Below are positions 52,518-64,000 of a stretch of 64,000 bases of DNA, piece by piece. Source of the DNA: the human T2T-CHM13v2.0 reference genome, Homo sapiens; the NCBI RefSeq assembly GCF_009914755.1, contig NC_060934.1. One strand, written 5' to 3'. A program made the position numbers and the translations under genes. Each line of letters starts with the position of its first letter. The stretch's first letter is position 1. Under the pieces are notes generated by a model. It was not told the DNA's origin. It ran no database searches and saw only the letters and a list, made by a program, of their open reading frames with translations.

Positions 52518-52776
52518 AGAGCTGACCCTTGAACAACAAGGGTTTGAAATGTACAGGTCCACTTATATGTGGGTTGTTTTTTTTCAAGAAATACAGTCAG
52601 CCCTCCATATCGTCAGGATCCACATCTGCAACCAAACTTAGATTGAAAATACAGCATTTGCAGAATGCAATACCTGCAGATATGGAGGGTCTACAGTGGG
52701 ATTGGAGTATGCATGGATTTTTGTATACACAGCGGTCCTGGAACCAATCCTCTGTGAATTCTGAGGTATATCTGCA
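52518..52776 (-). mobile_element. MER2B/MER8-type TcMar-Tigger MITE
   Basis: GCTGACCCTTGAACAACAAGGGTTTGAA...GGTCCACTTATA ... GGTCCTGGAACCAATCC. Confidence 0.75.
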
Positions 52777-52951
52777 TTCTATTTCTGTCTTCATCCTTGA
52801 GAACTTCCTATATGTTATGATTATTGGGGGAAAAACAGAAAGAAAAAGATTAATAAATGATCACAAATATGTTTTTTTGTGTATTTTCCAACCTATTAAA
52901 AATGGTAAAAATGCCTTGCAATGGGAAACACACATATAATATAAAAAGTCA

Positions 52952-53309
<358 letters not shown>

Positions 53310-53765
53310 GACAGTGTGCTTAGGGTGGGTAATACAGAAGTAAATAACTATGTGATCACTTCTCAGAAAGGTCTCATAATCCAGTGAAATATAGGATGAA
53401 AATATAAGTGACACCAGATATTGGAGGAGAAGGGAAATGATCTCCTATTCCCAAAGTCAACAGGGACAGGTTACAAAAGCTGTTTCTACTTTGCCCCAGG
53501 AGAAGGAGCAGAATGACATGCAAAATCCAGGATGCCCAGTCTTATCCTTATTTCTAGAATTTAATAATTTATAATGTGTTTCAAGTATACTAATACTCTT
53601 CCTAGATACTGGAAGAATAATCACAGTTTTAAGAAACGGTATAACGTTTGTTTGTTTGTTTGTTTTTCTTTTCCAAGTTAGGATGACAGTCTGAGAGTTT
53701 CAGGAAAGGAAATAAAGTTGATATCCCACACAAGACTGAATGAGTATTGTTACTTCTTCTTGTAG

Positions 53766-53889
53766 CCTCTCATCACTTTGGACAGCAGCATTTCCTTCAC
53801 ATTCCTTGCAGAAGGAACCGACACCATCACAGTCCAGGTGGCTGCTGGGAATGCCCTCATCCAGGACACAAAAGAGATTGCAGTTCATG
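53766..53889 (+). CDS. SORCS3: SORCS3 coding exon (~exon 21, 124 nt)
   Basis: gtag|CCT CTC ATC ... CAT G|gtaagc. PLITLDSSISFTFLAEGTDTITVQVAAGNALIQDTKEIAVH. Confidence 0.96.
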
Positions 53890-54537
53890 GTAAGCCCTGA
53901 AAATTGTTCTGTGATGCTCCTTCCCGCTCAGTTAATCTCCTGTGTCCACTCTCCCTACAATCATTGAGTGTGGTGGAAATTCCTCAGGCCCTGGGAAAAT
54001 TACATAGGTCAACAGGAAGCTTCCAAACCTACCTCCGACCTAGAGATTGAGGTTATAAGAGACGTATACCACAAACAGGTATTTGTTGTCCCCTGTGTTA
54101 TGTCTGCCTCAGAACTTGTTTGGGGTTCTTATTAGACAAAGACACGTATCACAAATTGAAGGAAATGCAAGCTGGGAGGTATCTACAACATATATGCAGG
54201 ACACACTCTTTGTGAGATGAGGACCAGCAATTTCCAAAAGTCAGGAGTCATGATCCCTGCCTTGTAGGACTCATTGCTCAGTTAATGAGATGATCTCTAT
54301 TCACAACAGATGGCTTTCTTGATTGTTGGAGATTTGAATATCATTGGCTGCAAAACTAGATAATAAGGCTAAGAATATAAGTTAGGACTAGGGCAGAAGA
54401 GGGTGAATAGGACTACTATCCTGTTCTCAACCCTGGAGAACCACTGTTAAGTTTATTACAAATGAAAGTGCCTCTACTGCCATTTCACACAACCTCTCCC
54501 AGGTCCCTAGACACAACCAGTATCACTGTGGTTTTCT

Positions 54538-54715
54538 TTTCTTTTCTTTTTTTTTAGATTTTTCATTACTAGTTTGATTTCTTTAATGGTAATTGGTTTT
54601 TTGGTTTTACATGTCTTCATTTCATTTCTTCATTTCTTCTTTTTTTTATGTATTATACTTTAAGTTTTAGGGTACATGTGCACAACATGCAGGTTTGTTA
54701 CATATGTAATGTAAA
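54538..54715 (-). mobile_element. Severely 5'-truncated L1PA carrying a 3'-transduced segment and a second poly(A)
   Basis: Perfect 17-bp TSD TATCACTGTGGTTTTCT at 54521-54537 and 54716-54732. L1PA 3' terminus at ~54649-54708. Two poly(T) tracts. Confidence 0.85.
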
Positions 54716-55442
54716 TATCACTGTGGTTTTCTAGAAAGTTAAGTGAAGGCTTGTGATCCTCTGATCAGATTATGTTCCTCCAGCCTCACACCAGGTAAAT
54801 TCTTTTTCCTACCTTTCTGCAAACTTGCTTCTCAGGCTCTTCGAGGGGCACATGGAAGGTTTGTGTGTTTCTTTCAAAGTAAACATTTTAATTGTATTGT
54901 AAATTTTATACAGAAGCGTGCAGGGCACAAGTGTTTAGTTTTATGCATTACCACAAAGTGAATGCACTTGTATACTCACCAACCAGGTCAAGATACAAAG
55001 TTTAAACCTATTTTCTAATCCTCAGAGGCAGTTTCTAGCACAATGGGTGAAGGGATTAAAGAAGGAGAAGTGAAAAGACTCCATTCCAACCAAGTCCAAA
55101 TTGTTAATGCTTTGTGTTGGCTCTTCCTGGTACCACCTACAGTAGCAGACGTCTCCTTCTGGAGTTTCATAATTGTCTTTCATTTCAGATAATATACAGG
55201 AAGAAAGGCTTAAGATCTTAGACACTAACAAAAACTGGTAGGAGCACAAATCTACTTTTAATCACCAAATTCTACTTTATTTCAGAAGTCAGGAAACAAG
55301 CTGAGAACAAGGAATTCTAGCAGAAGCCTGGTGAAAGAGTAGACCTTTTACCAAAAGCACAGTGATGGTGGAGCTCCACACCTGTCACACCCTCTCTCTT
55401 CTCACTCTCCCAGCCTCACTTAAACATTCTCTCTCCCTGCAG

Positions 55443-55555
55443 AATATTTCCAGTCCCAGCTTTTATCATTCTCTCCTAATCTGGATTACCACAATCCTGA
55501 CATTCCTGAGTGGAGAAAAGATATTGGCAATGTCATCAAGCGAGCTCTGGTTAAA
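55443..55555 (+). CDS. SORCS3: SORCS3 coding exon (~exon 22, 113 nt), membrane-proximal ectodomain
   Basis: gcag|AA TAT TTC ... GTT AAA|gtaagt. (E)YFQSQLLSFSPNLDYHNPDIPEWRKDIGNVIKRALVK. Confidence 0.96.
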
Positions 55556-55691
55556 GTAAGTTGGCTTTGTCTTTTTTTAAGTTCTTGTGAATAAAGAAAA
55601 GAACTAGATGGTGTGGTCCACAATACATTGGCATGGATTGAAACTGCATTCCACAGTTAAAGATTATTTCTCTGTAAAAAGAGAGAGAAGA

Positions 55692-56010
<319 letters not shown>

Positions 56011-56559
56011 TTAAAGAAGGAAGAAGAGAAGTATAAAAGAGAGTCTAGTTCAATGTTTGAAGAAGGAAACTGGCCCAATGTTTATTATGAATTTGTTTGA
56101 GATAGGGGCTTGATCCCTTTAATGCACTAATGGATGGACAACTCACTGAGTTGTTGCTAATATTATGCACTTGTCTGGCTCTTTGTTCACCAATAGGATC
56201 TTCTCAACCAAACATTTATACTCACAAGACTACCGTTGGCCACAGATTGCACTCAGAAGGCTACAGGCCAGGAAACAGAGCGTTCCAGCAGGGTAATAGA
56301 ATTACAGAGTTAATCCAAGGTCAAATTTGCCTTAGAGAAAGTAAAAGGGTTTTGTTAAACATTTTCTCAGAGGTAGGCACTAGAATATATTGATGAATAA
56401 AACATGGTCAATTGAAATGTAGAAATAAGTCTAATGTATAAGCAGCTCTAAGCTAGAGGCATGGCCAGCATCTCTATGGGGCAGAGAGAACAGTATGATT
56501 CACGCTATCCAGGGACATGAAGACTTGGCACAGATTTGCAACTCAATAAATACTTGTTG

Positions 56560-57800
56560 AACTCTTGGAACATCTTTGGAGAGAATACTTGAACTGTGTT
56601 TGCAAGGATAAATGTCAGTTAACAGGGGCAGGATGGTGTTTGAATGAGCAGCATGTTCAAAGTCATGGACTATAAAGAGTACAGCACACTTTGGGAGGCC
56701 GAGGCGGGTGTATCACCTGAGGTCAAGAGATCGAGACCATCCTGGCCAACATGGTGAAACCCTGTCTCTACTAAAAGTACAAAAACTAGCTGGGTGTGGT
56801 GGCGTGTGCCTGTAGTCCCAGCTACTCGGGAGGCTGAGGCAGGAGAGTCACCTGAACCCAAAAGGCGGAGGTTGCATGAGCCGAGATATTGCGCCACTGC
56901 ACTCCAGCCTGGTGACAGAGTGAGACTCCATCTCAAAAAAAAAAAAAAAAAAAGAGTACAACATATTTGGGAAATGGCAAAGAGTTTGGTGTAGCCAGTC
57001 TGTAGGTTATAAGGGCAAGTGCAGCTAAAATTGAGCTAGGATGGTTATGTCATATTGTGTAGGGTTTGAGAGACCAAAAGAAGCTTGGCATCTATTCTGT
57101 AGGCACTGGGAAGTATGAAAAGTATGAAAAGTATTCTTTTTTTTATTTCAGTAAGAGAATAGGTTTATATGTCAGTAACCCATTCTGGTGGCAATGCATA
57201 GTTGGGGAGACATTTCACAAAAGGTGACCAGCTAAAAGACCACTGCAGTTATCTAGGCCAGAAATATAAGGTGCTCAAGAAAAAGAGGCAAAGGCTACTT
57301 AAAAAATTGAACAATAGAATTGGTGACTAAGGAAATGTCGTGTGGGTGAGAAGGAGAGAGAAATTCTCTGATAACAAGAGCCAGTAGGAGATGGCCTTAC
57401 ATTAATCAAGATGGGGACTATGTAGGAGAAACACGCTTGGGAAACAATAGTGATTTGACTTTTAATGTAAGTCTGGAGCACATGAGAAACAACTGGTTGA
57501 AGATGACCAGGAGGGTTGAAAATATGGATCTGAAGATGAAGCAGAGGTTCATGCTGGAGGGAGAGATGTAAGAGAAGAGGCTGTGGAGGTTGTTAGGCTC
57601 TCTAAAGAGGAGTTGGGGGACAAGGCAGACACACTGCTGGTGGTTCCCCAAGGCAGAGGAGAAAGATCCAGGAAGGACATGGAGAAGGAGCTGACAGATA
57701 GGAAGAAGAATAAATAGAAGAGAATGACATAGGAGCATTGCTGTATGGAGCGGTCTGTAAGAGTAACTACACTTCAAATCTTTTTACAAAGAGACTATTC
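56560..57800 (-). mobile_element. L2 fragments, interrupted by an Alu
   Basis: Purine-rich L2 minus-strand signature, e.g. GAAAATATGGATCTGAAGATGAAGCAGAGGTTCATGCTGGAG. Boundaries approximate. Confidence 0.6.
56687..56950 (+). mobile_element. 5'-truncated Alu (AluSc-like)
   Basis: Starts CACTTTGGGAGG; GTCAAGAGATCGAGACCATCCTGGCC diagnostic. TSD AAAGAGTACA(G/A)CA. Confidence 0.92.
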
Positions 57801-57821
57801 ATAGAAAGAGATGAGAATGAG

Positions 57822-58137
<316 letters not shown>

Positions 58138-58165
58138 GAGATGAGAATGAGACTGTTATGTATGC

Positions 58166-58531
58166 TGTGTTAGTCTGTTTGGGCTGCTATAACAAGGTTC
58201 CATAAACTGGGTGGCTTATAAACAACAGAAGTGTATTTCTCATAATTCTGGAGGCGGAGAAGTACAAGATCAAGATGCTGGTAGATTTGATGTCTGGTGA
58301 AAGCCACTTTGCTTATTCATAGGCAGAACCTTCTTGCTGTGTCTTCACATGGTGGAAAGGGCAAGGTGGCTCTCTGGGGTCTCTTTTATAAAGGCACTAA
58401 TCCCATTCATGAGGGCTCCACCCTTATGACCTAATCACCTCTCAAGGCCCCACCCTGATACCATCACATTGGATATTAAGTTTTGACAGATGAATGGGGG
58501 TGGGGGGTGCAAAAACATTCAGATCATAGCA
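58166..58531 (-). mobile_element. MLT1A/MST-type MaLR solo LTR
   Basis: TGTGTTAGTCTGTTTGGGCTGCTATAACAA ... ACATTCAGATCATAGCA. 5-bp TSD TATG(C/T). Confidence 0.85.
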
Positions 58532-59301
58532 TATGTCTTTGGTTGCAAGGCATCCAGAATTGGGTTGTGTTATGTATGGTTACGTTCATTAAAAAGATAC
58601 TAGCTTTTTAGGAAATAACTTGTAATTGCAATAATAATAATCAGTCCTGTCAGTTGATTCTCAGACCTCAAATCTCACAAGGACCAATCACTCGTATGTC
58701 CCTTTGGATGGGTTAAATGAATCTGTATACACTGCTCCAAGGTCTCTGTAAGGGCCTTGGTGGACTGACACTCCCTGACATTGTTCTTTCCTGAGACAAA
58801 GGGTCACACCAGTCAAGGCACTAATAAGCTCACCACCCAACCCTTCACTGCATTGGGTGGTTCTCTGCATTTTGCCCCTAGTCTGGCCTCCTGAGACTTG
58901 CTTTAAGGTAGTTAAAGGCCCCCAGCCTTATGGACTTGGGCATTAGGACTTAATGCTACTAAGGATCATGCTTTGAAAGAATGTTGAGGCATCTAGCTAA
59001 CCATCTCAGGCCGTTAAGAGGATGCCTCCCTGGTTGGTGGACTCTTTAGGCTTCTGACTGCTGCTTCTTACTTCCCTGCGGGCTGGCTCTTTCACTTTTC
59101 TTTATCACATCCCTGAGAGTTAACTCCAATCCGTAAGCCTAATTCCAAATAGGAATCAGAGCTGAGCAAATGGAAAACAACCAAACTCTCTGCTTCTGTT
59201 CAATCTAGCAACTATTTATTTAATTTTTACTCTGTGTCAAGCATTCTTGGGAACAGTGAGACCCCAGACAGAAATATCTGGGCAATCACACCATAAGAAC
59301 C

Positions 59302-59655
59302 TGTATTAGTCCATTCTCAAACTTGTATACCCGAAACTGGGTAATTTATAAAGAAAAAAGGTTTAACTGACTCACAGTTCTGCATGGCTGGGGAGGCCTC
59401 AGGAAACTTAACAATCATGGCGGAAGGCACCCCTTCACAGGGTGACAGGAAAGAGAAGAGTGGCAGAGCGAAGGGGGAAAGGCCCCTTATAAAACCATTA
59501 GCTCTCATGAGAACTCACTATCATGAGAACAGGATGGGGGAAACCACCCCCAGGATTCGATCACCTCCACCTGATTCCTCCCTCAACACCTGGGGATTCT
59601 GGGGATTACTATTCAAGGTGAGATTTAGGTGGGGACACAAAGCGTAACCATATCA
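59302..59655 (-). mobile_element. THE1-type MaLR solo LTR
   Basis: TGTATTAGTCCATTCTCA ... GGGGACACAAAGCGTAACCATATCA. Confidence 0.9.
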
Positions 59656-60996
59656 GGATCTATCTGAGAAAAGACTACACCAGACAGATGTAATCATGTG
59701 TCACGGTGGACATGGTCTATATCTCTGAAATGCAGTGGACATGGTCATTTGGAGGTGTTTGGGGTGGGAGGCTAAGGTGGAGATCACTGCAGGTAGAGAT
59801 AGTCAGGGGGCACTTTGGAGGATGGGGGTATTTCACCTGATTCACAAATTATATATTTGGATTGACAGAAGAGGTGGTGATGTTCTGGATAAAAGATCTT
59901 CAGGAGACACACAGGAAAGAACAAGCTTACCCTTCACGGGGGAGAACTCAGCATCCTGTTTTCTTTAAAAATTTGCCTTCAGACAGAAGCTTACTTTTAA
60001 GTTTTTATCACAAAGCAATATCATTCTTTTACTAACCACTCAGGAATAGAAAAATTCACTCGTATTCTCAGCCTCTTAACCACGTTTAGTATTTTGTTAT
60101 TTTTTTCTTCTATATATTTGTATTTTTATAGAGTTGTAACCAAAGAAATGTAAGGAAATAGATTGGAATGCAGCTATCATAAGTATTTTTCTATGTTGTC
60201 TCATAGTACTTATTATCATCTTAATGGTGGCATAATAGTCTATCAGGTGATTATACCAGTATTTGCTTATTTTTTTGAATACTGGAGGTTTTCCCCTTTA
60301 TTTACTATTATAAGTAATGTTGTGTTTTTTCCTGCATATGGCTTTTCCTATATTTTGGATCATGTCTTTAGAACAAACTCACCAAGTTACAGTTACTGAC
60401 TGAAGGGTATGAATATTTTTATGGCCTTTAAATTAAGTCTTTCAGAAAACAAATTGGCAATATGTATCAATTTCTAGCACTGCCAGTGCCAAATGAGGGA
60501 ACTTCCTTCAATGCAGTCTTACCAATATTAGCTATTGCACTTAAAAAAAATCCTGCTTTAATAAGTGAAAGCAAGTATTGCTCGGCTTTCTTTAAATTTG
60601 CATTTTCCCATGTTGGTTTATGACTTCTTTTTCCTCGTTTGCACCCAGCCTGTGTTTCAGCCAGAAGCTCTAGCTCTCATAGAAAAATGGAAAATATGAG
60701 AGGAACTTTTGCCAATGTTCCCAGCAAATAATGTTTTAAAAATCATTTGTAATACCATTCTAGTTTCAGTAAAAATGTATATAAGAGCAGGGGAGGTAGT
60801 GAAACTAATAATGTTTTACCTAGCAGGTCTAAGGGAAAAACTGAAAGAAAGCCTGAATGTATATTGGAGCCTGTGCCTAAAAAGCTGCATTTGAAAAACT
60901 CACATGAGCCATCTGGCTGTGCACACTCTGCTCTTGTCATTGATTTGGGGAGGGCTGGCTCCTCCACAGCCTCTCTTTGTCTGAACATCTTTGCAG

Positions 60997-61128
60997 GTAA
61001 CCAGTGTCCCAGAGGACCAGATCCTCATTGCCGTGTTTCCTGGTCTCCCCACTTCAGCAGAGCTTTTCATTCTTCCACCCAAGAACCTGACAGAGAGGAG
61101 GAAAGGCAATGAAGGGGACCTGGAACAA
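60997..61128 (+). CDS. SORCS3: SORCS3 coding exon (~exon 23, 132 nt)
   Basis: gcag|GTA ACC AGT ... GAA CAA|gtaagt. VTSVPEDQILIAVFPGLPTSAELFILPPKNLTERRKGNEGDLEQ; symmetric phase 0-0. Confidence 0.96.
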
Positions 61129-61422
61129 GTAAGTGAAAGTAAATCTGGCTGGGACCCTTGCCTGCACCCTACACCCTGAGAGGGCACAAAGCTGTTTTCA
61201 GCCAGAAAGGGAGACAGGCTCTCTTCCATTACCCCAACAGCCAAGGTTTTGAAGAGCAATCACCCTTACCCAGAGTAAATACAGGTGCAAATAGACTGGA
61301 GCATTCAGCTACTCAGAAAGGAATGTCACCCCTGGCATTATTCATTCCAATGTCTGACATCCCTGTGCCAGCTCATGTCTCCCTCCCAGTGACTCTTCCT
61401 GGGATTCAGGGGAAGGGGAGCA

Positions 61423-61462
61423 GCAGAGAGAGAGAGAGAGAGACAGACAGAGAGAGAAAGAA
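61423..61462. repeat. (GA)n microsatellite, interrupted
   Basis: Read directly. Confidence 0.85.
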
Positions 61463-62832
61463 GGGGGGAATTTGAATTTCCTTGTTTATTTCTGGGACTA
61501 TGTGCCTCTTGTCTTTAAACTGCACTGGCCCTTAAAGATCCTGGCCAATGTTAAGCTCTGCTTCTGGGGAGAAAATGAACTGCCTTCAAACATGATTTTT
61601 TGGAGAGGGATGTATTGCCTCTCTTTGCTTTAACTAAGGAAGCAACATTTCCAAAAGGGATTGTGATTTACTGTTCTTATCAAATGGGCATATAGAACTA
61701 TACTGTGATCTGCACGCTGTCCTGGAAGTAAAGGGGATGGCAGGACTGGTGTTTCTCCTTTTCATCCTCTATTCCTCCTGAGGTCTTAATGCCTGCACTG
61801 TTTCACCCTTCCTTTCTTTCTCATGATGCTAAGTCAGGTGCAATAGAAATAAGTGAGCATGAGGCTGCAGAAAATCGGCATGAATCACAAACATTTGCTC
61901 TCATATGAGGTAATCATTGTACAGACATATTTTGTGTCCCTGTGATACTCACTGGCCATCACCCCATCCTTACTTACAGCCATCCACAGACATTGAGCGG
62001 TAGAGATGTGATTGCAGTTTCTCTGAGAAATAATTTCTTGCATTGCAGGGTTGCATATTGAAGTTGGCCAGAAATAAATTTAGCTTCTTAATGCATACAT
62101 CACTTTTACAAGACCTCTTTATTCTGAAATAGCAAGTGGCATGTGTGAACTATATTTGGAAGCTACAATATCCATCCATTTAGATAAATAGGTAATTACA
62201 GTGATGAATAGCAGCTGTGATATTAAGGCGCATACAGCGAGATAAGAGTTAGGGACAACAGCCTAAGTCGGCCTCAGCTTTCATGTGGGAATTACAGAGT
62301 GATTAAATCGATGTTATGTGTTCTGCGACTTGCTAGGGAAAAGTAAAGAACAAAAATTATCCCATAAAAAGGAGGCAGCTTCTGCTTTGATGTTTGCTTC
62401 CCATTGTCTCTAAGATAGAAAACGCAGAGGAGTGGGCTGGTAGTATATGTACCTGCTTTAATCCTGGCAGCGGCCTACATCCCCTGTGTCTATGACTTCA
62501 TCAGATTACAGAGCTAATGATGGGTTGAACTTCTTTCATTGGAACCCATAACAGGTCTTTTTAGAGGGTTATAAAGGCATGGATAAAAGAGCAGTGAATT
62601 AGGAGTTGAATGAAACATCTATGTCTATTATAGCTCTAATTCACCAGTGACTGTAGGCATGCCTCTTTCTGTCTCTCACTCTCCTCTCCAGAATAAGCAA
62701 ATATTACCATCTATAGTTGTCTCTCAGTATACATAGGAGAATGGTTCTAGGACTTCTGATATACCAAATCTGTGCATCTTCAAGTCCTGCAGTTGGCCCT
62801 GCAGAACCTGCATGTAAGAAGTTGGGCCTCTG

Positions 62833-63030
<198 letters not shown>

Positions 63031-63128
63031 AAGTAGTTGGGCCTCTGTATATGCAGGTTTCACATCCTGTGAATACTGTATTTTCCATCCACATTTTGTT
63101 GAAAAAATCCACATAGAAGTGGATCTGC

Positions 63129-63431
63129 GGCCAGGCGCGGTGGCTCACGCCTGTAATCCCAGCACTTTGGGAGGCCGAGGTGGGCGGATCACGAGGTCAG
63201 GAGATCGAGACCATCCTGGCTAACACGGTGAAACCCCGTCTCTACTAAAAATACAAAAAATTAGCCGGGCGAGGAGGCGTGCGCTTGTAGTCCCAGCTAC
63301 TCAGGAGGCTGAGGCAGGAGAATGGCGTGAACCCGGGGGGGCGGAGCCTGCGGTGAGCCGAGATCGCGCCACTGCACTCCAACCTGGGCGACAGCGAGAC
63401 TCAGTCTCAAAAAAAAAAAAAAAAAAAAAAA
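63129..63431 (+). mobile_element. Young AluY (AluYe5-like)
   Basis: CpG-rich. GGGCGAGG, CCCGGGGGGGCGGAGCCTGC and GCGACAGCGAGAC diagnostics. Pure A tail. TSD AAGTGGATCTGC. Confidence 0.92.
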
Positions 63432-63458
63432 AAGTGGATCTGCTTAATTCAAAACTGT

Positions 63459-63710
63459 CCGCATGTTCTCACTCATAGGTGGGAATTGAACAATGAGAAC
63501 ACATGGACACAGGAAGGGGAACATCACACACCTGGGCCTGTTGTGGTGTCGGGGGAGGAGGGAGGGATAGCATTAGGAGATATACCTAATGTTAAATGAC
63601 GAGTTAATGGGTGCAGCACACCAACATGGCACATGTATACATGTGTAACTAACCTGTACGTTGTGCACATGTACCCTAAAAGTATAAAACAAAACAGAAC
63701 AAAACAAAAA
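63459..63710 (+). mobile_element. 5'-truncated L1PA (L1PA3/4-like) 3' end
   Basis: GCATGTTCTCACTCATAGGTGGGAATTGAAC...GTACCCTAAAAGTATAA plus (CAAAA)n tail. TSD CAAAACTGT. Confidence 0.9.
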
Positions 63711-63923
63711 CAAAACTGTATAGTTCAAGGGTCAACTGTACTTCCTTGGTTTCACAAGGCCCCAAGGGCTGTGAGAACCAAATCGATAAATATTTTTCAC
63801 TATCTTATCCCTAATTGAACCATGGTGACTTTTTACCTATTGACCTTGTCCTTGGTTTCTTACCCCATGAGGGAGCATCATTGCATGTCATGTCACCCCA
63901 TGCATCCTGTCTTATTTTTTCAG

Positions 63924-64000
63924 ATTGTAGAAACACTGTTTAATGCTCTCAACCAAAATTTGGTCCAGTTTGAGCTGAAGCCGGGGGTACAAGTCATTGT
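63924..64000 (+). CDS. SORCS3: SORCS3 coding exon (~exon 24), truncated by the window end
   Basis: ttttttcag|ATT GTA GAA ACA ... translates IVETLFNALNQNLVQFELKPGVQVI, continuing the frame. Confidence 0.95.
   Translation, partial: MVETLFNALNQNLVQFELKPGVQVI

Noticed and set aside
60961-60996. Alternative acceptor CCTCCACAG 27 nt upstream of the exon at 60997
   Set aside because: The 27-nt extension has an in-frame TGA, and nothing in the sequence supports its use.

Overview
Primate (most likely human) genomic DNA from the middle-to-3' part of SORCS3, a neuronal VPS10-domain receptor, on the + strand. Ten coding exons (about exons 15-24; numbering is from recall) have canonical AG/GT boundaries. 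They join in phase into 1305 nt of uninterrupted reading frame covering the 10CC region, two PKD domains and the membrane-proximal ectodomain; the last exon is cut by the window end. The rest is intron, dense in Alu, L1, L2, MIR, CR1, LTR and DNA-transposon fossils and in microsatellites. Most ORFs in the supplied track are spurious or repeat-derived. I see no evidence for a new multi-gene system. The best second-look items are: (1) a TSD-bounded L1 3' transduction; (2) a ~240-bp MER8 hit by three separate retrotranspositions; (3) a 3'-truncated L1 nested in an older L1 at almost the homologous ORF2 position; (4) an unexplained ~240-bp nested inverted-repeat element and a perfect 15-bp-stem hairpin; (5) an ~845-bp AT-rich expansion; (6) several candidate RNA-processing switches. 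Repeat subfamily names were assigned by eye from remembered consensus sequences and need RepeatMasker/Dfam confirmation.
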